A model generated the notes under the pieces. The model searched no databases and was not told where the DNA came from. It saw only the letters and a program-made list of their open reading frames with translations. Source: an uncultured delta proteobacterium (GTDB lineage: Bacteria > Myxococcota_A > Polyangia > Haliangiales > Haliangiaceae). Taken from it: a stretch of DNA of 64,000 nt. The translations under genes and the position numbers were made by a program. The stretch spans positions 672,001-736,000 of the forward strand of contig CAWKDB010000002.1 of NCBI GenBank assembly GCA_963848295.1, read 5' to 3'. Below, one piece after another: positions 61,251 through 64,000 of this stretch. Numbering within the stretch: position 1 is the stretch's first letter; every line of letters starts with the position of its first letter.

Positions 61251-61643
61251 ATGACGAATCGAAAAGCCACATTTGCCAAGCGCCAGCGCGAGACTGACCT
61301 GAAGGACAAGGCTCGCCAAAAGGCGATGCGCCGTGAACAGAAGCGGACCGAAGTGCGCGTGACGAAGGGCCCCGAGATCGCGTGGGACGAGGCCGTGCAC
61401 GAGACCGACTCCGGAGCGCTGCCGCCGACCGATGCTCCGCCGACCGACGACAAGGCCACGCCGTCGCCTGACCCGCACCGCCCGTCGGCGGCGCTGCCCG
61501 CGGGAGGCAAGCCCCTGGCGTCGAGTGATCCGCACCGCCCGTCGGCGGCGGCCGCGAGCAAGCCCGTGGCGTCAGGTGACACGCATCGCCATCCGGTGCA
61601 GCCGGCCGGAGGCAAGCCGGTGCCATCGAGCGATCCGTCGTAG
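61251..61643 (+). CDS. Small basic protein with Pro/Ala-rich repeat tail
   Basis: AAGGAG upstream; TFAKRQRE...KARQK basic helix; repeated DPHRPSAA and KP(L/V)(A/P)S units. Confidence 0.65.
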   Translation: MTNRKATFAKRQRETDLKDKARQKAMRREQKRTEVRVTKGPEIAWDEAVHETDSGALPPTDAPPTDDKATPSPDPHRPSAALPAGGKPLASSDPHRPSAAAASKPVASGDTHRHPVQPAGGKPVPSSDPS

Positions 61644-61655
61644 CGCGCGGCGCTG

Positions 61656-62642
61656 GTGTTGGTCGAGCGCATCGTCGATTCCGGGCTCGTGCCCGAGCCG
61701 GTGATGCGCGCCGCGATCCGCGGGGTGTGCGCCCTGCGGTTGTTCCAAGAGCGCCGCCGCGATCCGCGTGCGCTCGTCGCCGAGCTGCGGCGCAGCGAGC
61801 TCGCGATCGAGACCGCAGCCGCGAACGAGCAGCACTACGAAGTGCCCGCGGCGTTCTTCGAGCGCGTGCTCGGCTCGCACGTCAAGTACTCGGGATGCTA
61901 CTGGCCCGCGGGCGTCGAGACGCTCGATGCCGCCGAGGCCGCGATGCTCGAGCTCTACGCCGAGCGCGCCGGGCTCGCCGACGGCCAGCGCGTGCTCGAT
62001 CTCGGCTGTGGCTGGGGCTCGGTCGCGCTGTGGGCGGCCGCGCGCTATCCCGCGAGCCAGCTCACCGCGGTCTCGAGCTCGAACAGCCAGCGCGAATTCA
62101 TCACCGCGCGCGCCGCGGCGCGGGGGCTCGGTAACCTCACGGTGCTCACCGCCGACATCCGCGGGCTCGAGCTGCCCGCCGCGAGCTTCGATCGCGTGGT
62201 GTCGATCGAGATGTTCGAGCACGTGCGCAACTACGACGCGCTGTTCGCCAAGCTCGCGCGCTGGCTGCGTCCGGATGGCGCGTTGTTCGTCCACGTGTTC
62301 GCGCATCGCCGCTTCGCCTATCCGTTCGAGGACGCCGGCGCGTCCGATTGGATGGCGCGCGAGTTCTTCACCGGCGGCCTGATGCCGAGCGTCGACTTGT
62401 TCCGCGAGTTCCAGCGCGAGCTCGCGATCACCGACGAGTGGCGGATCGACGGCACGCACTACGCGCGGACGGCGGAGGCCTGGTATCGCAACCTGATGGC
62501 GGCGCGCGGCGAGCTCGAGGCCGTGGTCGGCCGCGCCGGATTCCAGCGCTGGCGCGTGTTCTTTCTCGCGTGCGCCGAGCTGTTCGGCTATCGCGGCGGC
62601 AGCGAGTGGCTGGTCGCCCACTATCGGTTCGCGCCACGGTAA
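61656..62642 (+). CDS. SAM-dependent methyltransferase, CFA-synthase/coclaurine N-methyltransferase-like
   Basis: ANEQHYEVP, KYSGCYW, VLDLGCGWGS, SIEMFEHVRNY, FFTGG. Confidence 0.92.
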   Translation: MLVERIVDSGLVPEPVMRAAIRGVCALRLFQERRRDPRALVAELRRSELAIETAAANEQHYEVPAAFFERVLGSHVKYSGCYWPAGVETLDAAEAAMLELYAERAGLADGQRVLDLGCGWGSVALWAAARYPASQLTAVSSSNSQREFITARAAARGLGNLTVLTADIRGLELPAASFDRVVSIEMFEHVRNYDALFAKLARWLRPDGALFVHVFAHRRFAYPFEDAGASDWMAREFFTGGLMPSVDLFREFQRELAITDEWRIDGTHYARTAEAWYRNLMAARGELEAVVGRAGFQRWRVFFLACAELFGYRGGSEWLVAHYRFAPR

Positions 62643-62651
62643 CCTCGCGCG

Positions 62652-63533
62652 ATGCGCTTAGCTTGGATCCTCGCGCTCAGCTTCGCTTCTACGACCGCGC
62701 TCGCCGACGACGGGCACGACGCCTACGACCGCGCGACCGCCGATGGCCTGTTGCAGGCCACCGCCGATGCGATCAGCGGCGTCGCGTCGCCACACATGAA
62801 CGCCCCGCGGTTCGCGTTCGGCGTCCACTTTCCGCACGAGGCGCCGGAGACGGTCGACGACCTCAAAACCGGCGGCGATGCAGTCGACATCGCCTCGGTC
62901 AACCTGCGCGCGAAGTCGGGCAACACCGTCGCCTACGCGGCCGACGGCAGCGCGGCATGGGTCGCCGCGGATCTGTGGGCCTCATCGCCGTGCGGCATGG
63001 ATAGCTGCATGCATGCCAAGCCGGACCCGATGCATGCGACCGCGCTCTACGACAAGGCCGGCGGGTGGCAACCGGTGACGTGGTTGGCGAGCAGGGTCTA
63101 CGGCGGCGCCGAGCAAGCGAAGGCCGTCGCTCACGGCGTCAAGCTCATGGGGCTCGCGCGCAAGGTCGACGGCGCCGAGGAGGTCGTGAAGCAGCTCGAG
63201 GCGACCATCGGCGACGCCAAGGCGCTCGCCGCGACGGTGTCCGCGCGCAAGGACGTCGTGTTGTACGGCAGCGATCTCGGCGAGCGCTACGTCGGCGGCC
63301 CGCGAGTGCGCGCCAAGCTGATCGCGTGGGCGCTCGCGTTCAAGGTGCACGACGGCATCCAGGCCGGCGTGACGTCGAGCAAGACCGTCGCTTGGGTCGC
63401 CGCGAACGTCGACGCGACCTCCGCGAAACATCCGAAGGACAAGCCGGTGCCGTATCGAATGTTGTTCGTCTACGAGAACACCGGCGGCGCGTGGCAGCTA
63501 GTACAAGCGCAGTTCTCGTTCTCGGACATCTAA
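62652..63533 (+). CDS. Secreted protein with tandem NTF2/SnoaL-like domains
   Basis: Signal peptide; two AWVAA(D/N) strands; YRMLFVYE...WQLVQAQFS. Confidence 0.6.
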   Translation: MRLAWILALSFASTTALADDGHDAYDRATADGLLQATADAISGVASPHMNAPRFAFGVHFPHEAPETVDDLKTGGDAVDIASVNLRAKSGNTVAYAADGSAAWVAADLWASSPCGMDSCMHAKPDPMHATALYDKAGGWQPVTWLASRVYGGAEQAKAVAHGVKLMGLARKVDGAEEVVKQLEATIGDAKALAATVSARKDVVLYGSDLGERYVGGPRVRAKLIAWALAFKVHDGIQAGVTSSKTVAWVAANVDATSAKHPKDKPVPYRMLFVYENTGGAWQLVQAQFSFSDI

Positions 63534-63570
63534 CATCGTGTACGGTGCCCCCAACCGGAGGGATGACGTG

Positions 63571-64000
63571 ATGAGAGACCACCAAGATGCGGCGATGCTC
63601 AAGCGGCTACGTGACCAGCTCAAGGTCCATACGCTCGCGACGAAGCTCCAGCAGAGTGCGAAGGCTCAGAAGGAGCTCGCGTTCTATCCCGCGCACGACG
63701 CGCGCAAGGTAACGCCGGAGTACACCCGCGCGCACGAGCACCTTACGATCGCGCTCGATCTGCCGTGCAACGTGTGCGGCGTCCGGCACTCGACACTCGG
63801 CGATGCGAAGCACAATCGCTACGGCGCCAAGGCGATGGAGACCCATCACAGCGTGATCGGTTGGGCGCTCGCGCACGCGGTCGACGCCGATCGGTTCAAC
63901 CACGCGATCCTGCCGAACCTGCGCCATCGTCACGGCGCGCGCAACGAGTACCACTCGCCGTTCACCCAGAAGCAAGTCGCCGACTGGATCGACCACCACG
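63571..64000 (+). CDS. Hypothetical protein with CxxC and ExHH (HNH-like), runs off the right edge
   Basis: Not in the ORF track. GGAGG upstream; YPAHDAR...LPCNVCG...METHHSVIGWAL...WIDHH. Confidence 0.6.
   Translation, partial: MRDHQDAAMLKRLRDQLKVHTLATKLQQSAKAQKELAFYPAHDARKVTPEYTRAHEHLTIALDLPCNVCGVRHSTLGDAKHNRYGAKAMETHHSVIGWALAHAVDADRFNHAILPNLRHRHGARNEYHSPFTQKQVADWIDHH

Noticed and set aside
9360..62642. Idea that the DUF1295 fragment and the CFA-like methyltransferase (frequent neighbours) bracket one 52-kb insertion
   Set aside because: No second DUF1295 fragment or convincing repeat upstream of 61656; only a weak GC-rich similarity.

Overview
High-GC (roughly 70% by eye) bacterial DNA. 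Gene content (many Ser/Thr kinases, TPR-PEGA, a 'GCGRISFD' lipoprotein) suggests Myxococcota, probably Kofleriaceae/Haliangiales-like; this is an inference. I see no rRNA, tRNA, CRISPR array or intact transposase/integrase. From left to right: (1) an NO-stress module with a hemerythrin-like gene and ric, divergent from a frameshifted norR, with three NorR boxes and a sigma54 promoter; (2) kynA; (3) an island-like stretch (about 5.1-12 kb) with an intact and a broken DUF1016/YhcG gene, six related GCA-N8/9-TGC palindromes, an excisionase-like HTH gene and an att-like junction carrying an orphan DUF1295 3' fragment; (4) secreted proteins; (5) an ECF sigma with a fused zinc-binding anti-sigma domain, whose candidate promoter GCGAA(C/T)C(C/G)T(T/C)-N11-(C/T)GGCTC occurs four times, upstream of the cydAB operon, a methyltransferase, a persulfide-dioxygenase-like gene plus YeiH, and thioredoxin; (6) a bufferin-type MNIO RiPP cluster with its own ECF/anti-sigma pair and a second promoter motif, GTAAC-N16-AGAC (four copies), one of which precedes an unannotated 43-aa Cys-rich membrane peptide; (7) a TPP/enolase/FAD-FeS/SDR cluster; (8) a kinase/STAND-rich signalling region; (9) a double-Gly precursor peptide convergent on a stand-alone LanC-like cyclase that is translationally coupled to a Ser/Thr kinase, with no dehydratase in the window. 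All family assignments come from motif recognition by eye; no searches were run.
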